This document shows, in pieces, positions 8,137 to 16,670 of a DNA stretch of 24,737 bases. The translations under genes and the position numbers were made by a program. The number at the start of each line of letters is the position of its first letter. Position 1 is the first letter of the stretch. The notes under the pieces are model-generated. The model was not told the origin of the DNA. It was given only the letters and a program-made list of their open reading frames with translations, and did no database searches. Source of the stretch: a virus (taxonomy: Duplodnaviria; Caudoviricetes); IMG/VR virus record IMGVR_UViG_3300020042_010329, positions 1 to 24,737 of that record. The stretch is one strand, 5' to 3'.

Positions 8137-9588
8137 TTAAATAATTACCATATTCATATCGACGATAGTCATATTACCGCCAGTCGAGTCGTTGCCGATA
8201 TATGCCTCGATAAAATCTCCAGTATTTACGGCCGCAAGTAATTGAGTCATTGCACCCTCAGCACGTCCAGATCCGTTTGTCGTTGTTCTGATCCTGCTCG
8301 AGACGAAATATACGCCGTTTTTGGCAATATAAACGCTTATTTGCTGGTTATTTCCTGCTTCGATAGTAAATGTACACGTAATAGAAACAAATCGCTCAAA
8401 TGCGCCAATATAAGTCGCTCGATTATTTGTATTAGTAAATTTCGAAGTAAATGATGACGATGTCGTCGTTCCTAATACTTTTACTGGAGTCGCTAATCCT
8501 GCGCTAATCAGACCGCTGCCAATAGTAGCGACTGCGTTTCCAGTCATATAGTACTGCGATACTGCAGAACTGTTCGCAATGCCTTTATTATTTAAAAATA
8601 AAGCACGATTATCGGTATGATCAATACCGCCGAGATATGTTCCTGCTCCAGAAAAATTAACTGAGTCTAATATATAGCCATCCGCAGGAATAACCGCAGA
8701 AACATCTACGTCGATCGCAGTCGTTACTCCTGCAGCAATAAAAGACGAATATATTATTCTTATCCTACGTGTAACCTGAGATGCTGGAGTTATAGTAATA
8801 ATATTAGAGGCTGATCCATCGCCCTGAAATAATGAATTATCGATCGCTATTGTCCCGAAAACTCCATCGAAAACAAGTCCAACGGAATTAATAAAAGCGC
8901 CTTTCGTAAAAACGAAATTTGCAGAACTGTAAACAATACCAACATTCGGAATATTTACGAAATTAACTCCAGTCCAATCCAGAGCAACGCCTACGCCAGT
9001 AACAACAAAAGCGGTATCTACATCAGCAAACGACACGAACTGCATTGCGAGAGTAAATGTACTATATAGTAACGGAATATTACCGAGTCCAGTACTCGTA
9101 ATCACACTCGTCTCAGAGCTTCCTCCTATTATTGTCGTAATGCCTAACGTCTCCAATCGAGATCCATCGAGATCCAATATACCAGAGTCAGGAGCGATAA
9201 CGTAGGTTTTATCTGCAGGTAGATATATTACACCATTCGGAGCGAAATACGTAGAGTCTACGACTGGAGATGGCAGCTCTGCCAGAGTCCGAACGAATAT
9301 CCAGTTACCAGTATCGAGCGCCCCTCCTCCAGTTACGTCAAAAAAAAAATTATCGTTAAGGAAAACGATCAAATCTGCAGCCGTACCAATAAACGCAACC
9401 GCACCAGCTGGCTCGATTACAGTTTCAAGATTATCGAGAAAAATCGATACGCTTTGCCCTTGCGTTTGTTGTATAATTATCTCGCCAGAATCTACTATTT
9501 TTAGCGTAGCATATTTCGAAACAGTCTGCGGATCTCCTGCCGTTTCAAGGATAATGCCGCCGTTTGTCTTTTTGATTATTGTCTGCAT
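8137..9588 (-). CDS. virion fibre / spike protein 1
   Basis: Shared N-terminal domain; central beta-helix-like repeats rich in G/N/S/T/I/V; C1q/BclA-like C-terminus (YIAKNG...NTGDFIEAYI). Confidence 0.6.
   Translation of the reverse strand: MQTIIKKTNGGIILETAGDPQTVSKYATLKIVDSGEIIIQQTQGQSVSIFLDNLETVIEPAGAVAFIGTAADLIVFLNDNFFFDVTGGGALDTGNWIFVRTLAELPSPVVDSTYFAPNGVIYLPADKTYVIAPDSGILDLDGSRLETLGITTIIGGSSETSVITSTGLGNIPLLYSTFTLAMQFVSFADVDTAFVVTGVGVALDWTGVNFVNIPNVGIVYSSANFVFTKGAFINSVGLVFDGVFGTIAIDNSLFQGDGSASNIITITPASQVTRRIRIIYSSFIAAGVTTAIDVDVSAVIPADGYILDSVNFSGAGTYLGGIDHTDNRALFLNNKGIANSSAVSQYYMTGNAVATIGSGLISAGLATPVKVLGTTTSSSFTSKFTNTNNRATYIGAFERFVSITCTFTIEAGNNQQISVYIAKNGVYFVSSRIRTTTNGSGRAEGAMTQLLAAVNTGDFIEAYIGNDSTGGNMTIVDMNMVII
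9327..9368. repeat. 42-bp perfect direct repeat with A10/T10 tract, copy 2
   Basis: Identical to 7845-7886. The two genes also share a 33-bp identical start (8087-8119 and 9557-9589). Confidence 0.9.
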
Positions 9589-9783
9589 ACCGATAGATTT
9601 TATCTATAACACATCAACAAAGTATTGAAAAATTCATTTTGAAAATCGAAAAACCGTTCTCAGCCGCTTACACGAATTATTGATATTCTGTATCCGAGAG
9701 CTTTTTTCTGATCGTTTATATCAAAAACGAAACGCTACAACGTAGGTTTTATCTTGTATACTAAATATTAAAATTTACCGATT

Positions 9784-10401
9784 TTAGTAAAAAATGATGT
9801 TTGTTGACGAATTTTTGCCAGCTGCGCACGTTTTGCAAGTTTTACCAGTCCTATCGTAATAACCGCAGTCACACGCATCGCAATCGTCATCGCACGGACA
9901 ATGGCAAGAGTCGAAAAGAGGTAAAGCCGTTTTATTTTTGCAGAGATAGATCTCCAGTAACGGCTTCAAATTATCGATTTTTTGCATCATATTATCCTGC
10001 AGAAAACGAACGCCAGATATTCCTTGATTCTGGGCGAACTCGCTATCATTCTGGTAAATTCCTTTCGATGATACCTGAACAGCCAAAAAAGGCAGAACTT
10101 CGTAAAATATACAATAGGCAGTATAACGCATTAAATAAGACGTCCAGAGAGATTCGTAAGCAGGATCATTCGGGAATTTTAACACAATAGCACCGACTGA
10201 CGGATTATAATTGCTCTCGGCAGCGTTCTGCTTCAATACGAGATCATCATAGAGATCGACTCCCAAAACTGGCAGCAGGAAACGCTCCTCCGCTGATAAG
10301 ATATGCGGAGCAATAACGTTAACGTCAAATCTCGCAGTCGTTGGAGCTGGTCGATAAACTCCAGTATTTACGACCTCCGCTGGCTTAATTAATGTCGTCA
10401 T
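9784..10401 (-). CDS. head-tail connector / neck-like protein
   Basis: Directly downstream of the portal; I..AE..FL.PVLG.DLY..L pattern typical of this gene position in Bacteroidota phages. Confidence 0.55.
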   Translation of the reverse strand: MTTLIKPAEVVNTGVYRPAPTTARFDVNVIAPHILSAEERFLLPVLGVDLYDDLVLKQNAAESNYNPSVGAIVLKFPNDPAYESLWTSYLMRYTAYCIFYEVLPFLAVQVSSKGIYQNDSEFAQNQGISGVRFLQDNMMQKIDNLKPLLEIYLCKNKTALPLFDSCHCPCDDDCDACDCGYYDRTGKTCKTCAAGKNSSTNIIFY

Positions 10402-11782
10402 TTGTTTCGGTTTTTCCTTCTGGTTTTTCTTCTATAGGCTGCCATCCAAGTTCGGCTCGCATCTCGTTTATTGTTAATACTTTGTCGACTGGTATATCTC
10501 CAGCGAATGAAACTGGCATCGGTTTCGCAATATCCAGAGCAATATTCGACCAATCGTGCCCGAGATAAATTCCTGCATCCTGAATAATCGGATTAAGGAA
10601 TTTCGAGAGAAAAAGTCTCTGCATCGGGCGTATAACGGTATTATAAACAATATCGAATTCGCTGCGTATCTGCTGATTACTGCCGAGCGATCCTGCTGTC
10701 CTGAGTCCAGTTAAGGAAACGCTCCATCGGTGAGCTGCGATAATATTCTGCTGCGCTAAGTTCTGCAGATCCATAAACTCGCCCTCCGATTTATTGTCGA
10801 GGATCTGCACATCGCTTTTATACGTTGGATCTCTCAGCGCTTGGATAAACATCTTCGAATTATTGCCAGTCCCAGTAAAACAATCTTTCATCGCCTGAAC
10901 GACTTTTCGTGCCTCCTCTCCATTGGCAGATCCGAACAGAGAGATTATCGCAGATGGCGTAAATCCGTTCTCGAACTTGCTTTGGTTATATTTCGGGATT
11001 CGATACTCCAGCTCCGCCCAGATTTTTGCCGATACCCAGTCAGGAATCCCCCAATAAACCAGAGTCGGCTCGTAATTTTTGAGATGGATTATAGATTTTT
11101 CGACTCCGTTGATCTTCTCAAATTTCGGGAATATAGGCAAATCGACAACGTTTGCAGGCATTACTTCGTAACTCTCCTCGAATTCGCTGGAAACGCCTAT
11201 ATGCGTAGGATACATCTCGTTCGCAGCTGCTTTTCTTGGCCTGCACCAAGTAATCGGCAGAGGGCGAACATAGTATTTTTTCGTCTGCCCTACCTTAATG
11301 CGCTGCAGCTCGACAAATGCGTTACCAAAACTCGAGAAATCTTTCCCAACTTTAAGAGCGACCTCCTCGATATTTTCTCCCTCTGGAGTAACGACAGACA
11401 GCCATTCGTTAAGCGATTGCAGCTGCTCCTCTGTAATATCTGCCGCATCCTTTTTAATAGCTTTGGAGCTGGAGACAATACTCATCGAACTGTTCGGAAC
11501 TGCGTAGAAACCATCTCCGACGAAATAATTTACTTTTTGCTGGATGATGCCAGAGGTCGTCGGACTATTATTACAAATCGCTTGAATCCGATCCAATCTA
11601 CAGAGATCGTAAGTCGAAAAAGGGATATAACTCCAAATAGTATTGTCGAGCATCTCTTTCGATGGCTCTCGAAAAATGTCATCCAGTTTAAACGGAGGGA
11701 GTCCGAGATTAATCGAGCCCCACGCATAAACATCGTTTTGCTCATTCTTTGGCTTATTCTGCGGCGTTCTCCTGCTCATCAA
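10385..11782 (-). CDS. portal protein
   Basis: 465 aa; motifs SP...II..KV.Y..G.G, D...FGNAFVE, YWG.PDW, FENG..PS, F.G..N and I..AHR. Confidence 0.85.
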   Translation of the reverse strand: MMSRRTPQNKPKNEQNDVYAWGSINLGLPPFKLDDIFREPSKEMLDNTIWSYIPFSTYDLCRLDRIQAICNNSPTTSGIIQQKVNYFVGDGFYAVPNSSMSIVSSSKAIKKDAADITEEQLQSLNEWLSVVTPEGENIEEVALKVGKDFSSFGNAFVELQRIKVGQTKKYYVRPLPITWCRPRKAAANEMYPTHIGVSSEFEESYEVMPANVVDLPIFPKFEKINGVEKSIIHLKNYEPTLVYWGIPDWVSAKIWAELEYRIPKYNQSKFENGFTPSAIISLFGSANGEEARKVVQAMKDCFTGTGNNSKMFIQALRDPTYKSDVQILDNKSEGEFMDLQNLAQQNIIAAHRWSVSLTGLRTAGSLGSNQQIRSEFDIVYNTVIRPMQRLFLSKFLNPIIQDAGIYLGHDWSNIALDIAKPMPVSFAGDIPVDKVLTINEMRAELGWQPIEEKPEGKTETNDDIN

Positions 11783-11972
11783 TATGTATATTAGTTTCGT
11801 TCACAAAATTGTCGACTGGCTTGTTTTTTGGCTTTTTGCCAACGAACTCGATGCCTTTATGTCCGAGATGGAATAAATGATCGAGCTGATCCTGAGTCGC
11901 ATCATTCAAAAGTACGTTAAATTTCGCACAAGTTACACGACAGCCGCTGAATTTTTCTGATACTTTGTACAT
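11754..11972 (-). CDS. small hypothetical protein
   Basis: 72-aa ORF between tail tube and portal, with an AT-rich leader. Confidence 0.6.
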   Translation of the reverse strand: MYKVSEKFSGCRVTCAKFNVLLNDATQDQLDHLFHLGHKGIEFVGKKPKNKPVDNFVNETNIHIDEQENAAE

Positions 11973-11994
11973 AATTTGAGTTTTTAATATTTAC

Positions 11995-12023
11995 AAAAAA
12001 AGGAGGGATCGCTCCCTCCCTTT
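11995..12023 (-). terminator. intrinsic terminator after the tail tube gene
   Basis: Minus strand reads GGAGGGA-GCGA-TCCCTCC followed by T7. Confidence 0.7.
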
Positions 12024-12049
12024 ATGAAATTTGAATTTACAGAGTTTTG

Positions 12050-12583
12050 TTATACTGGGATAACGACAGCAGTATCCAACGGCAAAGCCTGAACAGTTCC
12101 ACGAGCCGTTAACGTGAGCGATGTCTGATTCTGGTCGTTAATAGCTGTACCAGTTACAGTTTCGAAATTGGTAAGCTGTGCCGCATAAGCGATTCCGAGA
12201 CTCGTAAGATCTTTTGGAGTTCCCCAGATCCAGCGTGTGCCGTTATTCTCTTCGTGGATAACGACAAATCCGCAGCAACACGCTTGCAGATCAGCGATCG
12301 CATCTCTGGTATCCTGAGAATGGCACGGAAAAATCGCCTGCATTACCTGAGTAATAACAGTATTACAATTCGAACGCTCGCCAGTCTCCGTGAAATTTGC
12401 AGTTTCCTCATAAGGAACAAATTCGTAAAACTTTGTTACGCCATCCATTGTAATCGCAGTTACCTCTCCAGAGGTAATCGTTAACGTAGCGACATCCTCT
12501 TTGGATGCCAGCCAAAACCTCGCAACGCCTCCAGCGCAGCTATTGGCGCAGCTTATTGATAAACCAGTCGTAAGACAGCTCAT
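12050..12583 (-). CDS. major tail (tube) protein
   Basis: 177 aa, Thr-rich and beta-rich; MSC.LT.G..I.C....GG start, VVI.E.NNG..W..G and TG.A..D.N...LT patterns; follows the capsid gene. Confidence 0.65.
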   Translation of the reverse strand: MSCLTTGLSISCANSCAGGVARFWLASKEDVATLTITSGEVTAITMDGVTKFYEFVPYEETANFTETGERSNCNTVITQVMQAIFPCHSQDTRDAIADLQACCCGFVVIHEENNGTRWIWGTPKDLTSLGIAYAAQLTNFETVTGTAINDQNQTSLTLTARGTVQALPLDTAVVIPV

Positions 12584-12614
12584 AATATTTATTTTGAATT
12601 TTTGTTTTTAAAAT

Positions 12615-12638
12615 GCAGGAGAGAGATCTCCCTCCTGC
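12615..12638 (-). terminator. intergenic hairpin after the capsid gene (weak terminator or stabiliser)
   Basis: Minus strand GCAGGAGGGAGATCTCTCTCCTGC, nearly the same as the hairpins at 4799 and 16951. Confidence 0.55.
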
Positions 12639-12659
12639 TATATCGTCACGCTCGGAATT

Positions 12660-13652
12660 CTAATAAGCGACAGTAAGGAAATCGCTGTGCTTATAATTAA
12701 AGCCGAGATAAAATTTACTTTTCACTTTCAGTTTCTCCTCTTCCTCGTCGTGCCATACGATCGCTTGATTAGTAGGATTCGCAATATCTGTACCGAGTAC
12801 GAGATTCGTTCTCTCTGTGTATAATACCAGATTCGCATCTGCAGGAATACCGAGATAAGCGGCAGCATATTGCGCCCAGTCGTACATCGGCTTAACTTCA
12901 ATTCCGTTGAACGTCAAACGCTGTGCGCCATTAGTCAGCAGAGTTAAATGCGCAGCAGAGGATACGCCGTTATTTTGCAGATCCTGCAGGTATTGGCGAT
13001 AAACGTTAGCCGATACGAGCATAACTTTTTGCGCTTCTGGAACTGCAGACAGTACGTTCGAGGCATTCTCCCATACAGCAGTTAGCAAATCGATACCATC
13101 GCCAGCTCCCAGAGGCGTACCGCTATTGGAATTGATGTAAGGGATCAGATTCGCAGCTACGAGCTGAGGCAGATAAACGCTCCACATTCCGTCCGTCATA
13201 TTTACCGCATCATCTGTACTTGCTTTGTTGCCGAAAAATGCTGCTTTAAGCATCTGCTTACGCAGACTCTGCACCATTCTCGTCATAAGGATATTTGCGA
13301 AAACAGTTCCCTCGAGATTCGAGGACTGGCTGCCAGCTTTGAGCTTTTGCTTATAAACTGTGCCGACGAATTCGTCATAACAGAGTTCGAGATTTACTTT
13401 AATCTCATCGGTATCGATGCAGCGCTCAAAAAGCGATAGATTGCCTTTCGGAGTCCATCCGCAGCCGTTTGCGATCTGCATAATATCCTCCATCGCTCCA
13501 ACGTATCCGATATTTTGCTTTTTGTTAACCATTAGCATCGTGTCGAAGATCTCATCGATCTCGGCATCAAAAAAAATCGGTTTAAAAAGCATCTCCTGCG
13601 CCTGAGTACCGACCAAGCCGATACGAAATTGTCCAGATTCAACCTTTGCCAT
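12660..13652 (-). CDS. major capsid protein
   Basis: 330 aa, downstream of the protease; CGWTP.G...L.ER.I....IK...E.C, FFG, DG and NLVLGTD patterns consistent with an HK97-fold capsid. Confidence 0.8.
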   Translation of the reverse strand: MAKVESGQFRIGLVGTQAQEMLFKPIFFDAEIDEIFDTMLMVNKKQNIGYVGAMEDIMQIANGCGWTPKGNLSLFERCIDTDEIKVNLELCYDEFVGTVYKQKLKAGSQSSNLEGTVFANILMTRMVQSLRKQMLKAAFFGNKASTDDAVNMTDGMWSVYLPQLVAANLIPYINSNSGTPLGAGDGIDLLTAVWENASNVLSAVPEAQKVMLVSANVYRQYLQDLQNNGVSSAAHLTLLTNGAQRLTFNGIEVKPMYDWAQYAAAYLGIPADANLVLYTERTNLVLGTDIANPTNQAIVWHDEEEEKLKVKSKFYLGFNYKHSDFLTVAY

Positions 13653-13701
13653 TATATTATAATTTTTATTTTTTGAATGAATTATTTTAAGATGGAGAGG
13701 A

Positions 13702-14484
13702 TTACGCTAACGTGTAAGTAATCTCGATCGCCTGAGTCGTTCCATCGGTATAGGTAAAAATTACATCGCCAGAATACGCTCCCGCTGCGCCAGATGTATC
13801 CAACTCCGCCTCGATTTTTCTGATGTTTGTCGGGAATAAAGTATTCAATCCGAGCATCGTAGTATCGATATTAGCACCGATAAGATCGCCGTTTACAGTA
13901 AGAGTATCAATACGCAAAGCGTTTACGCCGACATTTTTTACAAAAAATTCGAACGTCTCAAATGTTCCTCCAGCAGCGAACGCACCTGCGGCAATTGTTT
14001 CGAGATTGTAAGTTCCTCCAACTGTAGCCGATGCCCTTAATACACCGATTCCAATTGTTCTCGTATCAATAATAATACCGAGAGCAGGATCATAATCGAA
14101 ATTGAATTTTTTAGAGCAGGCACAGCCAAAAATACCGCCCTCTCCAATTTGTACTGTAATCGTCGCAGTCCATACCTGAGAGCTATCCAGAGCAGATGTA
14201 TCGAGCGCCCCATCGCCAGCCTCTGTTGCGAAATTACCTTTACCATCAGTAAGCTGCGTATTTAATACAATTGTATCCGCATACGTTGAGGTAGGAGCTG
14301 AGAACGTAATCGAAGTCGTCCCTCCAGATGTAACAATTTCGACAACGAGCTCAATGTCGCAGTCGCCGCATTCTTCGATTCTCAATATCTCAGCGTTTGC
14401 TGCGTTTGCCAGAGGATTAGTACGACCGAAAAATGCATCTTCGCTATTACCCTCCTCAAAAAAATTATCTAATTCGAAAGCCAT
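13702..14484 (-). CDS. putative capsid decoration/auxiliary protein with C-terminal Ig-like domain
   Basis: Lies between protease and capsid; C-terminal F.VKNVG...L.I...L.P...I.AELDTS...G.YSG.V pattern resembles ASH/DUF1573 Ig-like folds. Confidence 0.5.
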   Translation of the reverse strand: MAFELDNFFEEGNSEDAFFGRTNPLANAANAEILRIEECGDCDIELVVEIVTSGGTTSITFSAPTSTYADTIVLNTQLTDGKGNFATEAGDGALDTSALDSSQVWTATITVQIGEGGIFGCACSKKFNFDYDPALGIIIDTRTIGIGVLRASATVGGTYNLETIAAGAFAAGGTFETFEFFVKNVGVNALRIDTLTVNGDLIGANIDTTMLGLNTLFPTNIRKIEAELDTSGAAGAYSGDVIFTYTDGTTQAIEITYTLA

Positions 14485-14534
14485 CGTATTAAATTTTGAA
14501 TGTTTTATAATTATTTGATAAGATTACTCCAGAT

Positions 14535-15530
14535 CTATTTTTGATATAGGGAGTTAATAAACGCCGATGCCTGAGTAATCTGCTCCTGCGTAAAACCGCT
14601 CTCGATTTTTTGCTCTGCTTTTGGCTCGGACTTGTAATTTATTTTTGCTTTGATTTCAGCCTCGACAGACTCGAGCTCCTGCTGTTTACTCTCGATCTTT
14701 TTCTGGAGATCTGCCAGCTTCGCCTCCAGTTCAGCCTCTTTCGAATCTGTTTTTGCCTCTGCTTTTTCTTCGACTTTTTTCTCATCTTCGATCTTTTTCT
14801 CCTCTGCCGCTGGAGCTGCTTCTTTTTCGGAGGCGCTATCCTCTTTAAATTCAGCACTCATACCGAACAGAGCAGCGATCTGCTGGAGTATCGTCTTTTT
14901 TTCTGCTGCCATTGTTACAATTGTTTTTGGAAAGTTTTTAAAATTTTTAGCCTCTGCCCTAATCTTGGCGAATGTTTCCTCGTAGATATCCTCGTACTGC
15001 TTTTCCTCCTCGATTACTCCATCAATCAGACCGATCTCTGTAGCTTCCTCTGGAGTCAACCACGTCTCGACCTCCATCATTTTTTTAACTTTGGAGAGAG
15101 TTTTGGATCTGTCGCCATCGACGAGCTTTCCTTTGCTTTCAATCTGCGTAGTATATATCTCAGCCATCTGTTCGTCGATCTTTTTCAACAGCTCGACAGA
15201 TCTCTCCAGCTCGACAGCGTTTCCCTCAGCACCGCCCCAGCTATTATGCAGCATAAAAAATGAATTTTTAACCATCTTTTTTTCCTTAGCTGCCAGCAGG
15301 ATGATCGTCGCAGCAGATGCCACAATGCCGATACCTTTGCCGATTGTCTTTCCTGCGTACTGGGAGATTATTCCAGCGATGGACAATCCCTCGAATACAG
15401 ATCCTCCAGAGCTGGAGACGTTAATAATAACGTCCTGACCGCCAGCATTCGCCAAAGCAGTTTTAACGCTATCCTTTGTCTCGGAGTCTCTTGCTCCTAT
15501 AGTTCCGAAGATATTTAATTCAATCGCCAT
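14535..15530 (-). CDS. ClpP-like (S14) prohead maturation protease with C-terminal scaffold-like coiled coil
   Basis: Motifs INVSS.GGSVFEG, G..ASAA, FMLHN.W and M..ETWLT.EEA...GL.D; E/K-rich tail. Confidence 0.9.
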   Translation of the reverse strand: MAIELNIFGTIGARDSETKDSVKTALANAGGQDVIINVSSSGGSVFEGLSIAGIISQYAGKTIGKGIGIVASAATIILLAAKEKKMVKNSFFMLHNSWGGAEGNAVELERSVELLKKIDEQMAEIYTTQIESKGKLVDGDRSKTLSKVKKMMEVETWLTPEEATEIGLIDGVIEEEKQYEDIYEETFAKIRAEAKNFKNFPKTIVTMAAEKKTILQQIAALFGMSAEFKEDSASEKEAAPAAEEKKIEDEKKVEEKAEAKTDSKEAELEAKLADLQKKIESKQQELESVEAEIKAKINYKSEPKAEQKIESGFTQEQITQASAFINSLYQK

Positions 15531-15556
15531 TATTAGTTCGTTTTATCGATATTCTA

Positions 15557-15564
15557 CAAATATA
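15557..15564 (-). promoter_or_regulatory. probable late promoter -7 element for the head operon
   Basis: TATATTTG on the minus strand 26 nt upstream of the protease ATG; no canonical -33 TTTG. Confidence 0.55.
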
Positions 15565-15608
15565 TGCCGCCTCTCCCTCAGATTTTTACGATTATTTAAA
15601 AAATATGT

Positions 15609-15667
15609 AAAAAATATCTCGATAAAGTTTTTTTATTCGGATTATTGTTATAAATTTGTGTAACAAT
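15609..15667 (+). promoter_or_regulatory. repeated early promoter/operator, copy 2
   Basis: TAAATTTG at 15651-15658 within TTGTTA-N10-TAACAA. Confidence 0.7.
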
Positions 15668-15693
15668 TAACCAAATAACCACAATATAACATT

Positions 15694-16032
15694 ATGACAA
15701 AGCAGGATTTTAAAGAGATGCTATATCTCGCAAAGATGGAGATGGCGCAGGAGATTGCAGCAAATAAAAAAAAGCAGCTGGAGCGATTACATTTTTTGAC
15801 ATCTGCCAGAACTTACAAAATTTCTATCGTTTGGTCGGACTCTCATCCAGTTTACGGCAGATCCAGAGAGACAAAATACTCCAGTTTCGAGATGGATGGA
15901 TACGAGAACGCTTTTAATGTTTTTCTGGAATATAAAGAGAGCGCCAGATCTATGAAAATTGAAAAAATCCGCATTTATATGCTGGATGCAGATGGAACAA
16001 AAAATCTAATTAAAGGGATCAATTTTATATAA
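15694..16032 (+). CDS. hypothetical protein
   Basis: 112-aa ORF after the promoter and TAACCACAA. Confidence 0.7.
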   Translation: MTKQDFKEMLYLAKMEMAQEIAANKKKQLERLHFLTSARTYKISIVWSDSHPVYGRSRETKYSSFEMDGYENAFNVFLEYKESARSMKIEKIRIYMLDADGTKNLIKGINFI

Positions 16033-16054
16033 TAACCACAAAAATCGCAATATT

Positions 16055-16213
16055 ATGAATGTTTGGAAAATTAGAGAGACTATCGCAGAAAGCGGTAAAA
16101 TGACAATTAAGGACGTTGTTTCGTACTTTAAAAATCGCTATCCAGATGCAGATCTTGCCATCGTAAAAGCAGAGGCTAAAGAGATGATCGCCGAAATGAA
16201 AAAATATCGTTAA
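16055..16213 (+). CDS. small hypothetical protein (52 aa, absent from the ORF track)
   Basis: MNVWKIRETIAESGKMTIKDVVSYFKNRYPDADLAIVKAEAKEMIAEMKKYR; preceded by TAACCACAA at 16033 and fills the gap between genes. Confidence 0.7.
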   Translation: MNVWKIRETIAESGKMTIKDVVSYFKNRYPDADLAIVKAEAKEMIAEMKKYR

Positions 16214-16231
16214 TCTTTCAATCTTATTTTT

Positions 16232-16531
16232 ATGCAAAAAGTATATAAAGCAAAGTTCGAATTCGCAGGATCTGCCATCGCCATTCGAGCGCATTTTTAT
16301 GCAGGCAGAGCAGAAACTCGCTACGAACCAGAGGAGGAGTCCGAACTCGAGCTGATTGAGATAAGGATAGACTCGAAAGACGTTAGCCAGCTGGAGGATG
16401 CAGAGATCTGCGAGCTGCTGGATATTGACGACTACGAGGATTTTATCTCCAGATGCGGAGACGAGATCTATAGCCAAAACGAGGAGCATATTACAAAGCT
16501 GCGAGATAATAATAGCCAGCTTTGGAGATGA
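16232..16531 (+). CDS. acidic hypothetical protein
   Basis: 99 aa, about 25 D/E; followed by a terminator. Confidence 0.7.
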   Translation: MQKVYKAKFEFAGSAIAIRAHFYAGRAETRYEPEEESELELIEIRIDSKDVSQLEDAEICELLDIDDYEDFISRCGDEIYSQNEEHITKLRDNNSQLWR

Positions 16532-16541
16532 TTTAAGCAGG

Positions 16542-16568
16542 AGCAGGAGCGCATCCTGCTTTTTTTTT
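16542..16568 (+). terminator. intrinsic terminator
   Basis: AGCAGGA-GCGCA-TCCTGCT followed by T8. Confidence 0.75.
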
Positions 16569-16578
16569 GCTTTTTCTG

Positions 16579-16637
16579 AAAATAAATCGCACAAAAGTTT
16601 TTTTATATGGATATTTGTTATAAATTTGTGTAACAAT
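16579..16637 (+). promoter_or_regulatory. repeated early promoter/operator, copy 3
   Basis: TAAATTTG at 16621-16628 within TTGTTA-N10-TAACAA. Confidence 0.7.
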
Positions 16638-16670
16638 TAAGATTATTCAACCACAAAAACCGATATCATT

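Noticed and set aside
7204-9588. Diversity-generating retroelement or invertase shufflon acting on the fibres
   Set aside because: Repeats are direct and N-terminal, show no adenine-specific mismatch pattern, and no reverse transcriptase or invertase is present in the window.
10841-11794. 317-aa + strand ORF
   Set aside because: Lies antisense to the portal gene, has no leader motif and no recognisable domain; most likely a shadow frame.
12584-12662. Stop read-through fusing capsid to tail tube, or a reassigned TAG codon
   Set aside because: The tail tube ATG is out of frame with the capsid, and genes are full length under the standard code.
13569-14464. T7-T8 tracts followed by GA in the capsid and decoration genes as slippage sites
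   Set aside because: Explained by FF-D/E codons near the N-termini; no domain boundary or repeat context.
14610-15438. + strand ORFs of 111-217 aa opposite the protease
   Set aside because: Low-complexity F/L/S mirrors of the E/K-rich coding strand.
16025-16636. 203-aa minus-strand ORF in the island
   Set aside because: Overlaps two better-supported + strand genes, a terminator and a promoter.
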